A stretch of 64,000 nucleotides of DNA from Yuukianura sp. NJ FZ-2021 (lineage: Eukaryota). Under the pieces are notes generated by a model, which saw only the letters and a program-made list of their open reading frames with translations, did not search any database and had not been told where the DNA came from. Each line of letters opens with the position of its first letter. Within the stretch, counting starts at the first letter, position 1. This document shows positions 1 through 12,553 of the stretch, piece by piece. A program made the translations under genes and the position numbers. Location: assembly GCA_046563655.1 (NCBI GenBank), contig CM102290.1, positions 15,004,001-15,068,000 on the forward strand, given 5' to 3'.

Positions 1-1818
1 GACGCAATTTTAACAGAAAAAGTTCAATTGTTCATTTCCAAAAATTCAAACTGACTTTAGCCTTAACATAATCAATAAGCCCAACAAACACAACTTCACT
101 TTACTTTTTTCCCAACTCAATTCTCGCGTGCAAATTCCTCAAATTACGGAAACCGTAAATAAAAAAAAATCTCCAAAACGTTTTCTTGCGTTTTAGCAAA
201 AATTGGAAACTCAGGGTCGAAGTTTCCATATTTTTCATATTCGCCATTTCTCATGTGATCCAACCAAAAAGTAGAGACTCTTGCACAAAAATTTGTCAAT
301 TTTCATTAAACTAATTGCTAAATTAATTGAGGGTTTCGACATGAAACAGTAATGGAATTGAATTCCAGGGATTTCATAACATCCTAATCCAACTAACAAA
401 AACTTTCACTCTCGCACCAGAGTGAGCAGCACTTTGGCTTCTAACTTCAAAAAACTTCCAAAATCCGAAATCCCAAATTCATTTTTATGGTATACTTTCA
501 AAAGTTGTTCAATCGAAAACTTTAAACACAACATACACGACGATCCAAAAGTTGTAACGGATAGCATTAACTTTTACGTTTCTCAAAATCACTTTTCCCA
601 GTTTTACTGGATCAAACTGATCAAAGTCAAAAACGTTGAAATATTTGTGCTTTTATGTTTCATTATGTTTGACATAAGTAAAGTTTATGTTTGATGTAAG
701 TTGTATGCACGACATAAATTTCTAAAAAGTGGTTCCCACGAGATTGTCGTTCGTGTGATTTTGTGACTCACATGACCAAAGTGTAGTGGTTTGTCAGGAT
801 GCTGATTTGAAATGTAACAGTTAAGTATTTTTTAAGTTTCTTTAATTACTTCTTGTAATGAAAACCATTCGTGAGAAAAATAATAAAAAGAAAAGGTTAT
901 TGTTCCTTTGTAAAACTTTTTTGTCATTGTTCGTGATTTGAACTAAGAAGTTGGAGTGGAAAAGAAGTGGGACAAAGAATAGTTTCAGATCAAATCCATC
1001 GCCACTTCCGTTCTCTTGTGTTGGAAATATTACATTTTGAGCCTGCCTTCAACCTAGATCGATTTAAAATCGGCTGTTCCCATAGTCAATCCACACCACA
1101 CGACCTTCACCACATTTTTCAAAGCCCCAATTTTTCAAAAAACTTCCATAGCTCAACTTTCCCCTTGGAATGAAACGGAAAAGGAATTATATGGAAGTTC
1201 CTCCCAACTTGGAAGTTTGAAGTATGCTGAAGTTCTGGTGCTGGAGTGACATTCCACTGTCATGTGACACAAATTTAGTTGGGTATTGATTAATCAATAA
1301 CACCCGATAAATATGGAAGAGCGAATGACAAGCACCGCACTTTCACCGCATTGTTACCACCATTTCATCCACTTTGGACCAACCTTTGTCAAATGTCGTC
1401 AATTTGACCTTTGGAGTAACCGAATGTGGTGACCTTAAGGTAAGAGCGAAGATGGTGTGCTTCAAGGTTCCTTGACAACCAAATTATATTTCCTACAAGA
1501 GGTTATCCAATAGCTCAGGGTTTCCCAAAATATTTCTCCACCAATTTTGTTTATGCTTCTTCCTAACCCACCCCAAATTTTTTTTCCAAACTTTGAACAC
1601 GAAATCGCATAGGAATAAGAAAAAAAAAGTTAAAAATTGTTATAGAAATGGAGCTCCAGTTTAACGTGTTTCATTTTTTAAATTCTGGGAAAAAATTGAA
1701 AAAAAAACCCGAGTTATTGGACAGCCTGGTGCAGAAAAAGTTTTTTTCTTCTGTTTACGAACCTTGGTGTGCTTAGTGGTTACCCCAAAAAGCATAAAAG
1801 TGAATATGGTGTGCTTAC

Positions 1819-3160
1819 CCCATAAACCAGTCCACGGTGTCCCGAAGGTACTCTGGTAACCTATCCAGCTTGCCTGATTTTGTCTACGACTGTCCCGAGT
1901 TCCACTAAATAGTTTGGGTGTGCTGTCGGTGTGCCTTGGTGGCTGTCACTCTGAGGAACTTCGGATGTTAATAAGATGAGTTCCGTCGTTCAAGTGTTGA
2001 CGATGTCCAGGATGAGAAGATGAGGAGACAAGTGACTCAGAGAGGAGCAGATAAGGACATGGACTTTGTTAACACGAGGCATTAAGCCTTCACTCCATTC
2101 TGGGTCACTCTCGATTTAAGATTGGAGTCTCCGTTAAACCAGCAGCTGATTACGGAATCTAGTGCGCACAACAACACAATCACATTACACAACTCAAACA
2201 AATCAAAATATGAGGTGACCTTGAGCAGTGCACTTACCACTATGGTTCATGTCCTCCAGATCTCTTGATGACGTAATTCTGAAATGGAGTCAGGACAAGT
2301 CCAAGATGACGACCAGATTATCAATGTCCACCGATCGGCTTTTGATTTAAAAAGTGATCCAAATCACACGTTGGGTATCATGACAGTCCAGTAGTGGCCA
2401 ACAGCACTTTAAAAACCAGTCGTCTCTTCACTAAATAGTCCAATCCTGGTCATCGTTTCCTCTCCTCTCTTATCATAACCTACAAAGGAAACCACAAATT
2501 CACTTTACTTTTCAGTTAAAAGTTTCAACTTAAGTTAAAAGGTTAAATCCACTTTGAGGAGACTACAAAAGATTAAAGTGGATGTCCTTGAGCTATTTTT
2601 AAACCGATTGATTTTTACCTTGGCTCCTCCAGATGATCAGAGGAGGAATGGACAACTTCTGAGTAGTTGATGAGTAGAAGACTGATGTTGAGTTGTACTT
2701 GACAAGAGATCAATTGATTGTGGATAACTTGTGGACGGAGCAGTGGAATTGACGTTAATTACGGACTAATCAGCTTGTTAAGTAAAGAGAGCTCCCCTTG
2801 TTTGCTTATGAGAGACAGGTGACAATGGAGTCCTTTGTTGAAGATTTGTTAATTACAGGTGATATTGGATCACACCACGTAGATTACTCACCAAGTCAGT
2901 TGGATTAGTCCGTGTAGAGTCCAGTATAACGTTAACGTACGTGTGTACGTGTACGTGTGTCCGTGTCCAACGTTCGACACAAAAGAAAGGGAGTTTAATA
3001 ATAAAGAAGTGAAAGGCTCTCTTTTCTCCACTCCTCCCGTCCCACTTGCAGCTTTTCCTTTGGAACAAGGCCATCTCTCTTTCTCTGTCTTTGGAGACGA
3101 CGCAGGCGCCATGACACTTTTTACGTCCACACCACTCAACTCACCTTTGACCTAATGTAC
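1819..3160 (-). ncRNA. Chain of putative spliced non-coding exons (lncRNA, or long 5' leader of a gene left of the window)
   Basis: Minus-strand donors at 3145 (AAG|GTGAGT), 2892 (TTG|GTGAGT), 2619, 2238 (GTG|GTAAGT) and 1819 (GGG|GTAAGC); acceptors at 2479 (tttgtag|) and 2158 (cactag|). Exons 2479-2238 and 2158-1819 have stops in all three frames. Confidence 0.4.
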
Positions 3161-3869
3161 CTCGCAAATTCCAGAATTCGCTGTATTCTTCCATCTCACG
3201 GTCACGCACGATCAAAAACGTTTGGACGACGCAAGCTGGATCGCCCCATGTCAACATAACAACGACTAAAACGTTTGTTAAACGAAACTGAACAACTTCA
3301 GGAACTTCCTTTCCATGTGCACGTTATTATGTAGTTACTTCCCATTCCTTTCACAGCAAAAATTCTATTTTAACAGCAAACATTTTGCCTTTAGCAGCAA
3401 AAATGTTTTTACATCAAAGAATCTGTTTTTTTAACAGCAAAAAAGAGTTTGTTACAGCAAAAAGTGTGGTTTACAGTTTTGTGGCGTGGGACACACAAGT
3501 TTAAGAGTGAGTGCCGAATGGAATCCGAATTTATTAAGAACTTGAATAAGATTACAGTTACAGATTAATCGAATACAGTTAATTGCTAAACTCACTTTGA
3601 GGACGAATGTCCACACATCCATCTCAGCCTCACTTGGCCAAATTCCACACAAGTCGCATACACACTGCCCACTTCTTATTTCAGGATTCTGTTGTGGTTC
3701 AAGGATTTAAAGAAACGCAAGCAAAACCAAATTTTAAAAAATTAGTCATAAATACTGATTTAGAGGATGAACGTAAATTATGCGACAAATTGAATAAAAT
3801 GAGTCAGTTTCATATGAGGGTGAGGCGTGCGCTAAGAGTCGCCACTAACTAGGTTAAAGGAGGAAGATT

Positions 3870-6800
3870 TTAGGCGATGTGCTCAGCCTCCTCTCCATCT
3901 TCCTCCTCCTCCATCTGCTCCAGCCAAAGAAGCCACTGGTTCACCTACACAAAAACAACTTTCAAAATTTCAAAAAATGACAAATATTTTCAAAATGGCA
4001 TACCTGAAACAAGGCTTTTCCCTTGCCAGGGTAGTCGTCTCGAATGTCGTCTTCTTTCCACTTGAGAAAAGCTTCTTCATCGATGATCTCCAAATCATAC
4101 ATGTTCACGAACCAACGCAGAAGCAACACTGCACCACAAAATTACAAAATTACAAATTGAAACTAATCAGAAGTTCCATTAGTTCGATATTTCCCAGTAA
4201 AGTTCACTATTTCCCAGGGGAATGGGAAATACCGGGAAATACTGGGAAATAGCGGGAAATATTGAATTTTGTTAGGGTTATCGTTACCTTTTGGACAGTC
4301 CATAGCAAACCATGTACCCTGGAGAGCATAAATCCCAATGACGTGGAGGTCAATCCTGTCTTGCAAGTACTTGGACAGAATCGGCTTGAATTTGGACAGA
4401 AGCTCCCGCTCCTTGTCCCGCACTACTTTCTCAGGCAGTTCAGTCTCCTGACTCTGGGAAACTTCCTGTTTCAAGTAATCACACCAATCATTCCACTTAA
4501 TCACAGCTAACTAACTGTAACTTTTAACTTTTAGATGAAAGTCATACCTGAATGATGAACTTGAATATCACTGTCATAAGAGCACTAATGAAGCCATGAG
4601 TTTGGTGATACGCAGGATCCACGTTCTTCTCAATCCAGTTTGCCAAATCCTCCGGTTTTGCACATTCCTAAAATTTCACACATTCACACACAAAATTTAA
4701 CTCAACTCAACTAATAAAAAAAACTACCAACGGTTAACTAAATTCATGTCAGTACTTCTTAGAGGTAAAATAAACACGGTAGTTCATCGAAAAAATTTTC
4801 ATCACGAAAGCTTTTTTGAAACTTTTTTTTAAAACAAAAAGTTGTAACGTTACCTGCAACTCCTTCATCATCTCCGCCTGAATCTTCAACAGTGGAAAGA
4901 GGAAAGAGAGTTCACGCTCTTCCAGAATGTCCGCCATCCGATCCTTCGTCCGATCACTTTTCGGTAAAGTGTTTAGCATTTTTATCTAAAAACAATCAAA
5001 AAAGTTAGCAAATCTCCTAAAATTTGCAACTTTTTATAAAGGAATTCCACTTTTTACCTTGCTGTCTTCAAACATTTTGCATAGTTTGACCTTGTCCATG
5101 GTTTTGCTGAGTTGCTGCAGAACGAGAAGGAGGAAGGGGTAGTGATTTCCGCCTTCCGTGAATTCCGCAATGTCAGCCAGGGACAGATTCGCTTGCATGA
5201 CTGCCTTCGCAGCATACGCAGCCACGTACGACTTGATTCGCGGAATGTCAGCCTCAATCTCACCCATCAAATCCAAAATGTTACGGAAGATCTCGTGAAA
5301 CTGTCCAGAAGTCACGACGCCAGATTCCACGAGATACAGCATCAGAGTGTACACTAGCTCTCGATCTCCCTCTAAATAATCAAACTCTCAGCTTCAAAAT
5401 TTTGAACTTTTTGAAAAAATTTTGAAATTTTTTGAAAAACCTACCATTTCGATCCATTGCCTTGTTGAGCATGGCCGTCATGACGTCAACGACCATCTTC
5501 TCAGGGATCTTAACCTCAGCAACACTCTCCCCAGCCAGCTTCACATCCTTGTGATCCAAATACTGCTCCAGTAGTCCAGCCATCCTTTTCATAATCTCCT
5601 CCTTAGTTGGTCCCTGCAACAATTTCAACAATTATTTTTTGAAAATTTAAAAATGTTTGATGTTAATGTTAGTTTGACGACGCTGAAAGTGACCTTCTCC
5701 TTGTTAGTCTTCATCTTGTCAATGGTTGTTTTTGCCGTTTTGGCGAGTATGACTTCCTTTGGTGAGATGACATTCTTGGGAGGAGTCAACTTCGGAGGAA
5801 CGGCCTTGCCGTGGTCAGGAAAAGGCGGAGCAAAGAGATTTGGAGTCTTCGGAGGCTGATGAGAAAACATCTTGACAGTCGGAGGAGGACGCAGAGAAAG
5901 TTCGTCATGCGCAGAAGGAGCGAGAGACAGGCCTCCGGAGTTCCCGAGTCCATTGGAAGCGTGCCCTTGGTTGTGGCCCTTCCGGAACCGCGGAGCTACG
6001 GCACTCTTTTCATATCCTACAAAACACTTACATTAATACTGCTCAAGTATTTTCCAAGCACAAGCAATTGCCAGTACTTACCATTGTTCATGTTGTGGTT
6101 ATTTCGCATTTGGTTGTGCCCAAAGCCGTCGTGAATTTGATTTTGAAAGTGGTTGCTGTTATTCTTGTGTGCGTAGTAAGAATTATTCTGTTGGCCATTG
6201 CTAGCCTGGTGATTGTGGAATCCACTCATACCGACTGGACGGTAATTATTGATCGGACCGTTGCCGTGGTAACCGTTGCTGTCGTGTCTACAACATAACA
6301 GACAAGTTTAGAACAAATCTTTCTGATGATGTCGTAGGATAAGAGTGTCACAAGGCGACAATGTCGCCTTTTGACACTCTTGGTGACATTTTTACCCAAG
6401 GGATTTGTCGCCAGGGGTGATGACCCCTGGACCAGTTCCAAGGCTGGACACTCCTGGTGGAATGGCAGCAAACACGTCTTCCATCCCAGTCATTTTCTTC
6501 GACAGGAAAGGGCGGCCCCGTCGAGACTCTGAAAACAAAATTCAGGTTTCATAATTTCAAAATTGAGACATTTTGAAATTTTGATGACCTTTGACTTACC
6601 GATATTAAGAAAACGAAAGTCGTCAGTGACAGAGGTGTCGAGGATTCCGAGCTCGTCGTAGGCTTCTCTCCGAATGTCCTCGATGGGTTTCGGATTTTCC
6701 TTCACAGTGCCAGTCTGTTTCGGAAGCCAGTTGTTCGCTCTCAGCTCGGCAATATCTTGGAGCATAAAGCGAATTCGTGCCGGAAGCTTCTCGTTTTTGG

Positions 6801-7826
6801 AAAGTTCTCCGATCCGTGAAAAGTATTGATTCATCAAATACTTGCCGCGATCATTGTCCAACAAATGCCCACAAGTATTCATGATTTGACAGAGGCACTC
6901 CAGCTCCTCCGCCTTCGTCTTCTTGACCAACTCCTCGCAACATCGGTGCAAGATGGAGTGTGTGAGCATCTCCAGCTTCCCCAGCTCACCAATGAACTAA
7001 AAGTTATCAGTTACTTAGAATCTCAACTTAAAAAGTACTTTTAACTTTTTAACTTTTAACTTTTTAACTTTTAACTTCATACCTTGATGTTTCCGAGCAT
7101 CTTGCGCTTGGCGAGCAGTTTGTCCTCCTCCTCTTCCGGCGTAAGGCGCTCTGTTCGCTGGTCGTATTGGGCAGAAGCTCGTGTTCTGTTCGTGTACTCA
7201 TCTTGACACTTATTGAGAAGGAGACGGCGGAACGTAGTTGTATGCTCAGGATTTGGAGGATCAAAGTTTGGAACTTTCTTCGACAGTTTCTTACATAGCT
7301 GTGCATACATGCATACGTACTTGGGTTCTTGAAGAGCTTTTTCAAAGATCTGCAAATGCCACCAAAATACAGTCAATCTTCATCAGAAAAAGACAAGAAA
7401 AGTTTGATTTGACTCACTAAAAGTATCACTCCTTTCAGAAGACTTTGCGTATCGAGCCCAACATCAGTCAGAAGCTCATTGCTCAGCCGGTCGAAGGTTT
7501 GCGGCGTAAGCTTGTTGAGAATGGAGCGAACCTAAAGCAACAAAAACCAATCAACTTAGGAATGCTGCCAATACTTGTGTCATGTATCCAGTATCTTACT
7601 TTGCGGAATTTGACATCGTCATTGGACTCTGGAAGTGCATCTCGTTTAATAGCAGAAGGCGGAACCCATCTTTCGGTTACTGATTGGGAGCGTAAGTCGT
7701 CCCTGCAACAAAAACAACTTCCAGTACTTGGCTCAACAATTGTCTAATTTTAAAAAGTACTTGGGCAGCATCTTACCTGCCTCCTAGAGCACGAGAAGCA
7801 CCTCCCTGTACTGCTAACCCTTCCGT
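3870..7826 (-). CDS. eIF4G2: Translation initiation factor eIF4G2 / NAT1 / DAP5 / p97, about 901 aa, 15 coding exons, predicted non-AUG (ACG) start
   Basis: Phase-consistent GT-AG exons: 7826-7777, 7702-7600, 7531-7418, 7349-7083, 6996-6600, 6528-6396, 6287-6082, 6016-5694, 5613-5445, 5371-5058, 4985-4854, 4667-4548, 4465-4288, 4128-4004, 3944-3870. MIF4G domain (FRKVRSILNKLTP..IFEKALQEPKY..FRRLLLNKCQDE..KMLGNIKFIGELGKL), DAP5-type motifs (RWVPPS, GTGPGVI, DELSLRP), MA3 and W2 regions (KWKE..DYPGKGKALFQVNQWLLWLEQ). No N-terminal eIF4E-binding region. AATAAA at 3535-3530. Confidence 0.95.
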
Positions 7827-8452
7827 TGTTGGTTTATGTGCCACGGCGTTAAATAAAGGTGTACGACGGTTAACTGGAGACGTTGACGAAGGAATGATGG
7901 ATCAACAACAGCACAAACCCTCAGCACAAGTAAATTCTGGAACAGTCAACAGTAGGAGAGTTAAAAGTCTATGTATATTCTAGTTAAAAGTGACGACGTG
8001 ATCAGGGAGATGAGATTGCAGTCAACTTCCAGGAATAGAAATGACGTCACTCTCATCCAATCACATGCATCATTCCTCTCCACTTGTCCACATTTCCCAT
8101 GTACTAATTAGAGATTGGAAATATTTGAGTGCGCGTTATACGCGAGTGCGAGTAATACGCAGATAAATAGACAATCATCAAAAACTAACAATGCAAGGAA
8201 TGACGACTCGTCTCCGTTATGGTAGACGACGTCAGTTTGACGTTATATCAAGATTAGCCTGTATCCCGTTAACTCAAACCCAACCGGTTATCATGTCTAT
8301 GATCACAATACGGTAGCCAGTTGAACAGGCTGTGATCTCGGTTTAACATAAGTAAAAAGTGTATCCATTCTGCATCTACTAAGTTCCGTACTACACAAAT
8401 TAAGTCTACAATTGACAGAAGATGCATGATGAATGAGTAAGATATGAATTAC

Positions 8453-9010
8453 TTGAGTTCCTTCGTTGTGGTTGACTGAGGAAGGTGACGATGCAGCGGA
8501 GTCTGAGACGCAATTGACGAGATTGTTTCCTGTTTAGGAGCAAAGGTCACGTTCCTATTGTTAGCACTACGGAATAATGTCCGACCTTTGGAAGTTCGTG
8601 AGACAAGGAAGGTTGGAGTGGCTAAGTTCGTCAAAAAGGCCACAAACACAATGGCAAGGGATTAGCGGAGGCAAGGCAACGAACTCAGTTGACCTGATTC
8701 CGTTCCTTCTGGTTGGAGAGCAGTTCTGAGATGGATGGCTGGGTCACTCACTTACTCCTGTAACCTATGACCTACACAGTGAATTTAGAATTAAAAAGTA
8801 GAAATGAAGTTGAGAACAAAAGACAACTCCTTGTAAAAATGGAGATTGAGAGATGAATGAATGAGTGTCTTGAGATGAGTAATGAACTCTGGGAATCCAC
8901 AGTTGAGACGCAACGCAGGAACGAGCAAGGGGGGACGGAGGGGGAGGAAACCACAGGCATGAGAAGCCAATGGCCGCAGCCCCACACACCAACTACGCTT
9001 CGACCTACTT
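8453..9010 (-). other. Probable non-coding 5' UTR exons of eIF4G2
   Basis: Minus-strand donors CAA|GTAATT (8453/8452) and GGA|GTAAGT (8756/8755). The segment 8693-8453 has no minus-strand ATG. Confidence 0.5.
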
Positions 9011-11006
9011 TCCACTTCCCGCCGAAAATATCCCAAACTTGTTTTCAAAAACTCCGCTTTTCTTTCAAAAACACCTTTCAAAAATTCTGGTACTGCTGAT
9101 TCCAAACCTTTGATATAATGTAAATTTTTGATGGCTAAAAAGGTGTTATTCTAGTTTGAAAAAAATTCTTTATTTACCTACTTAGCACTTAGAACGAAAT
9201 TAGCACGATCAGCTGGAAAATCCGATTTTTCCAAAATTCATGTTTTTTTTTAACTCAACTTTAAAATATTCAGGAAGGACCGATTATTTTGTGCTTTTGA
9301 TCTGATGGCAAATTTTATTTCCTAAAATGATGTTATTTTGTAGTGTAATTGTTTATTTGCGACGGAAATAAACCTAAACAAATACAAAATAAACTACTTT
9401 AAAAATAACATCAAATAGTAAGTTCTTCCGGAATAGTATGAACCGCCCGAAAATCAGGGTTTTCTAAAGTTCCATTTTCTTAAAAAATAAACTAAATTCT
9501 TTTTTTGAATTTTATGAATGATGGGATTTTCATTTGACTCCTTCCAGAGTTAGTAAGAGGCTTCATAAAATCTAAAAGTTCTTACTTGAAATTTATTTTC
9601 GGATTTAGTTTTGTACATTGTTCTAAAAACGTCAAAGATTTATTTGTTTCGCCTCAAGCAAATTTGAGTTGGCGGGACGTAGTTATGTGTGGGTTGAGGG
9701 TAAATTCCCCCTTCCGTCCTTCTGCGATTCCTTGTGTTCCGTTCGTTAGCATTGAAATTCCAATGAGACAATGGGCACACAGGTGAAGGCGTTGTTAAGT
9801 GGGCACTTAAGCGTCACTTTCCCACGATGCCAAGGGGATGTTCGGTGCTAAAGAGCTGCAATTGGCGCATCTTTGCCACTCAAATCGCTTATTTTCCGAA
9901 GCAACGCTTATAATGTCAAGTATGGCCAAATATGAGGACAGGACTAAGAAGAGGGTGTAGCCGGAGGGGATTTGGGGCTAACAACCCCATTTCGTGTCCG
10001 GGAGATGATCTCATTCTAAAAACAACAAAAAATAGGCACAAACCTTGTCAACAACAGTTCAATCCAAATCCAAACTCACGATTAGCAAACAAGCTTTCCA
10101 AAAATTCGCAACGAGAGAGTTTGCGAATTTGTGGATGATTTTCTGCAACTATTATCCATCCACAGTCATGCACATTTATTAGCACAATTGTGAACCTCAT
10201 CTGAGGCAATGTTAATTTGACACACCATTTCTAAATTACTCAATTACTTCCGAACACACAATTCCTTACAAATTAAAACAGTTAACATAGGCGTGTCTAA
10301 CTTAATCAAAAACCAACAAAAATCGCGAATTTGGAAAAAATGTGAGTTGCTTCAAAGCACCAAAAGTTTTGACAAAGTCGGGTGGAAAGGAACAATTTAA
10401 AATTTAATTTAAATGGATTAAAGCTAAACAAGCTCCACACTCCAGAGTGTGATAAACGAGGCTGCAACCTGTGCAAGTGAATTACTCGTCTAAAAAATTA
10501 AACAAGGTAGGGCAATGCTCAAGGGTTGAGCATAGGTCTTCTGGAGGAAGTTGACAATTGACGCGACATTGAGACCGGCCTACCGAAAAATTGTGGACGA
10601 ACTGAAAAACCGTTTTCATGTAATTGATGCTCTGAAACGTAGCTAAAAGTTTTCAGTGTGAATGTGAGATCTTATTTTGTGCATGAGTTGGATTGCACCA
10701 AAGTCATGTTTCAGTTTTGAGGGCCACAATATCTGCATAATTTTACATTCATGTGCAATAAGTGTGCAACATGCACAAAATTTAACGTTGAAGGAAGGGT
10801 GTCGCTTGAGCCCCAAAATATTTTCACTGAATTGATGTTCTTAATTTGTTGAGCAAGATGCACATAATGTATTTTCTGTTGCCATGGCATTGTACTATTA
10901 GCGAAAACAGCGTAAACCGAACGGTATCAAAATAATATCGAAATTGAGCTTTGTGCATGATGCACAAAATTGAACGTTGAGGGGCAGGGTCGAATATAGC
11001 TTTTTT

Positions 11007-11999
11007 AATAACAAACACCAAAAAATTGGAAAAAATCCTTCGGCGACAATTAAAGACAAAAATAAGGGGTGAGAACCCAAAACTAAGCTCACAACGATTT
11101 GGCCCTGATTCGGCTCTATTAACTCTGATTCGGGGTGAATGAAGTCTACTTTTGAAAGTTCATTCACCCTGAAAAACCCTACTTCCCGACATGTTGCCCC
11201 CGCCCCCTTCCCAAGGATATTGTCCACACTCCTGGATATGTAGTCCTCAGTTCACAATATTGTCTACACTCCAGGAATTCCTCCCTTCCCAAGATATTGC
11301 CCACTCAATAATTTAACAATCAACCATGCATCGAAGTGCTTTTCTGCTCTTTGTATGTTAAGGTGGCCCTTAAAAGGGCCTTTGGCTGAAGAGATGAGAT
11401 GATGTAGGCTATTGATTTCGGCACCAGCGCTGATATTCCTGTCGCGTAATTCTCTACTAAGGAATCTAATGAGTAATGACGAATTTGATGACGAAATGAT
11501 GAAGATTCGCTTGGAGGGTGATTAACAGTTATTCTTGCTTTCTATCGAAATTTCATAATAGGATTGTTATTTCTCAATCTATTTTCTAAGATTTGGTTGT
11601 GCCTCTTCCCGTGATGGCTGGTATCCACAACAATGGCTCATTTGTCTGTGCGGAGCATGTCAAAGTTGAAGCGTTTGAAGAATCAGTGAGCTCTGTTAGC
11701 CGTGTATTTACAGGAGCCGAAGCCCCATTCGAAGCGATGAGATTAGTCAGCATTCAACTACTTTGGTTCCTGTTCATCGCTCTAAGCGAACGAAGAAGTT
11801 ATATTACCGTTAGGGGTTCTTTTAGATGCTTAAGTTTGCTATATTTGTACTTATACAATTTCTATAAGCATTATACTTTATTGAGTTAAGAGCCTCATCG
11901 GTGCCACATCGTTGTGAGCTTAGTTTTGGGTTCTCACCCCTTATTTTTGTCTTTAATTGTCGCCGAAGGATTTTTTCCAATTTTTTGGTGTTTGTTATT
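11007..11999. mobile_element. About 1 kb element bounded by 92-bp perfect inverted repeats (non-autonomous DNA transposon-like)
   Basis: 11007-11098 (aataacaaacacc...ctcacaacgat) is the exact reverse complement of 11908-11999. No transposase ORF and no clear target-site duplication. Confidence 0.65.
11344..11385 (-). promoter_or_regulatory. Replication-dependent histone mRNA 3' stem-loop plus histone downstream element (orphan)
   Basis: Minus strand reads CCAAA GGCCCT TTTA AGGGCC ACCTT (stem-loop 11380-11365), followed about 12 nt later by AAAGAGCAG (11352-11344). Confidence 0.8.
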
Positions 12000-12553
12000 T
12001 TATAATTTTTTTCTTCATAGTTTCCTAAAGGTATAAACCCACTCTATACTCGCCATTTTCAGGGAAATTTCCCTGGCAACGAATGGGAAACGCAATTTAT
12101 GATTTTTTTCCTCGATGGCAAACCGTTTCCCAGGGGACGCGAGAGAGAAGGATTTCATAGGGAAAACAATATATGCTTTTCCATAACTTTGTCTTCTCCT
12201 TGCGTTTTCCAAAGTTGAACTCAATCCTACTTTTTTCACGGGAAGGCGTTGATTATCAGACTTTGACTGTCTGATTCAGACAGTTGTCAAGGCGATTTTC
12301 TACTTTTTTGTCTCGACAAAGACAACTTCCACACATTTTGCCTCTACCAATTTATACTTTCTCCAGGACAAAGGAAAATTTGTGTGAAAAAATCCCAGGC
12401 AAATTGTTGGGGGAGAGTTGAGAGGAAAAGTATAAATTGGTGAAACTCAAAAAATTCCAAAGGCAACTTTGCCCGGCTATTTTCCTTGGGAAAAGAAAAA
12501 AGTATAAATTGGGCTATAGATCTTCATATGAAGTGTGACTTAGCCTCAAGCCT

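Noticed and set aside
5880..6016. Possible frameshift or premature stop in the eIF4G2 linker exon
   Set aside because: Re-translation gives an open frame (..GLSLAPSAHDELSLRP..) with consistent phases.
3945..8452. Intronic snoRNA in eIF4G2
   Set aside because: Introns are mostly too short and I saw no paired C/D or H/ACA boxes; a covariance search would be needed to exclude this fully.
8791..9105. ORF-track protein starting MESAV, resembling human DAP5 MESAI
   Set aside because: Starts at TTG, lies at or upstream of the probable TSS, and similarity stops after four residues; the homologous N-terminus is at 7826.
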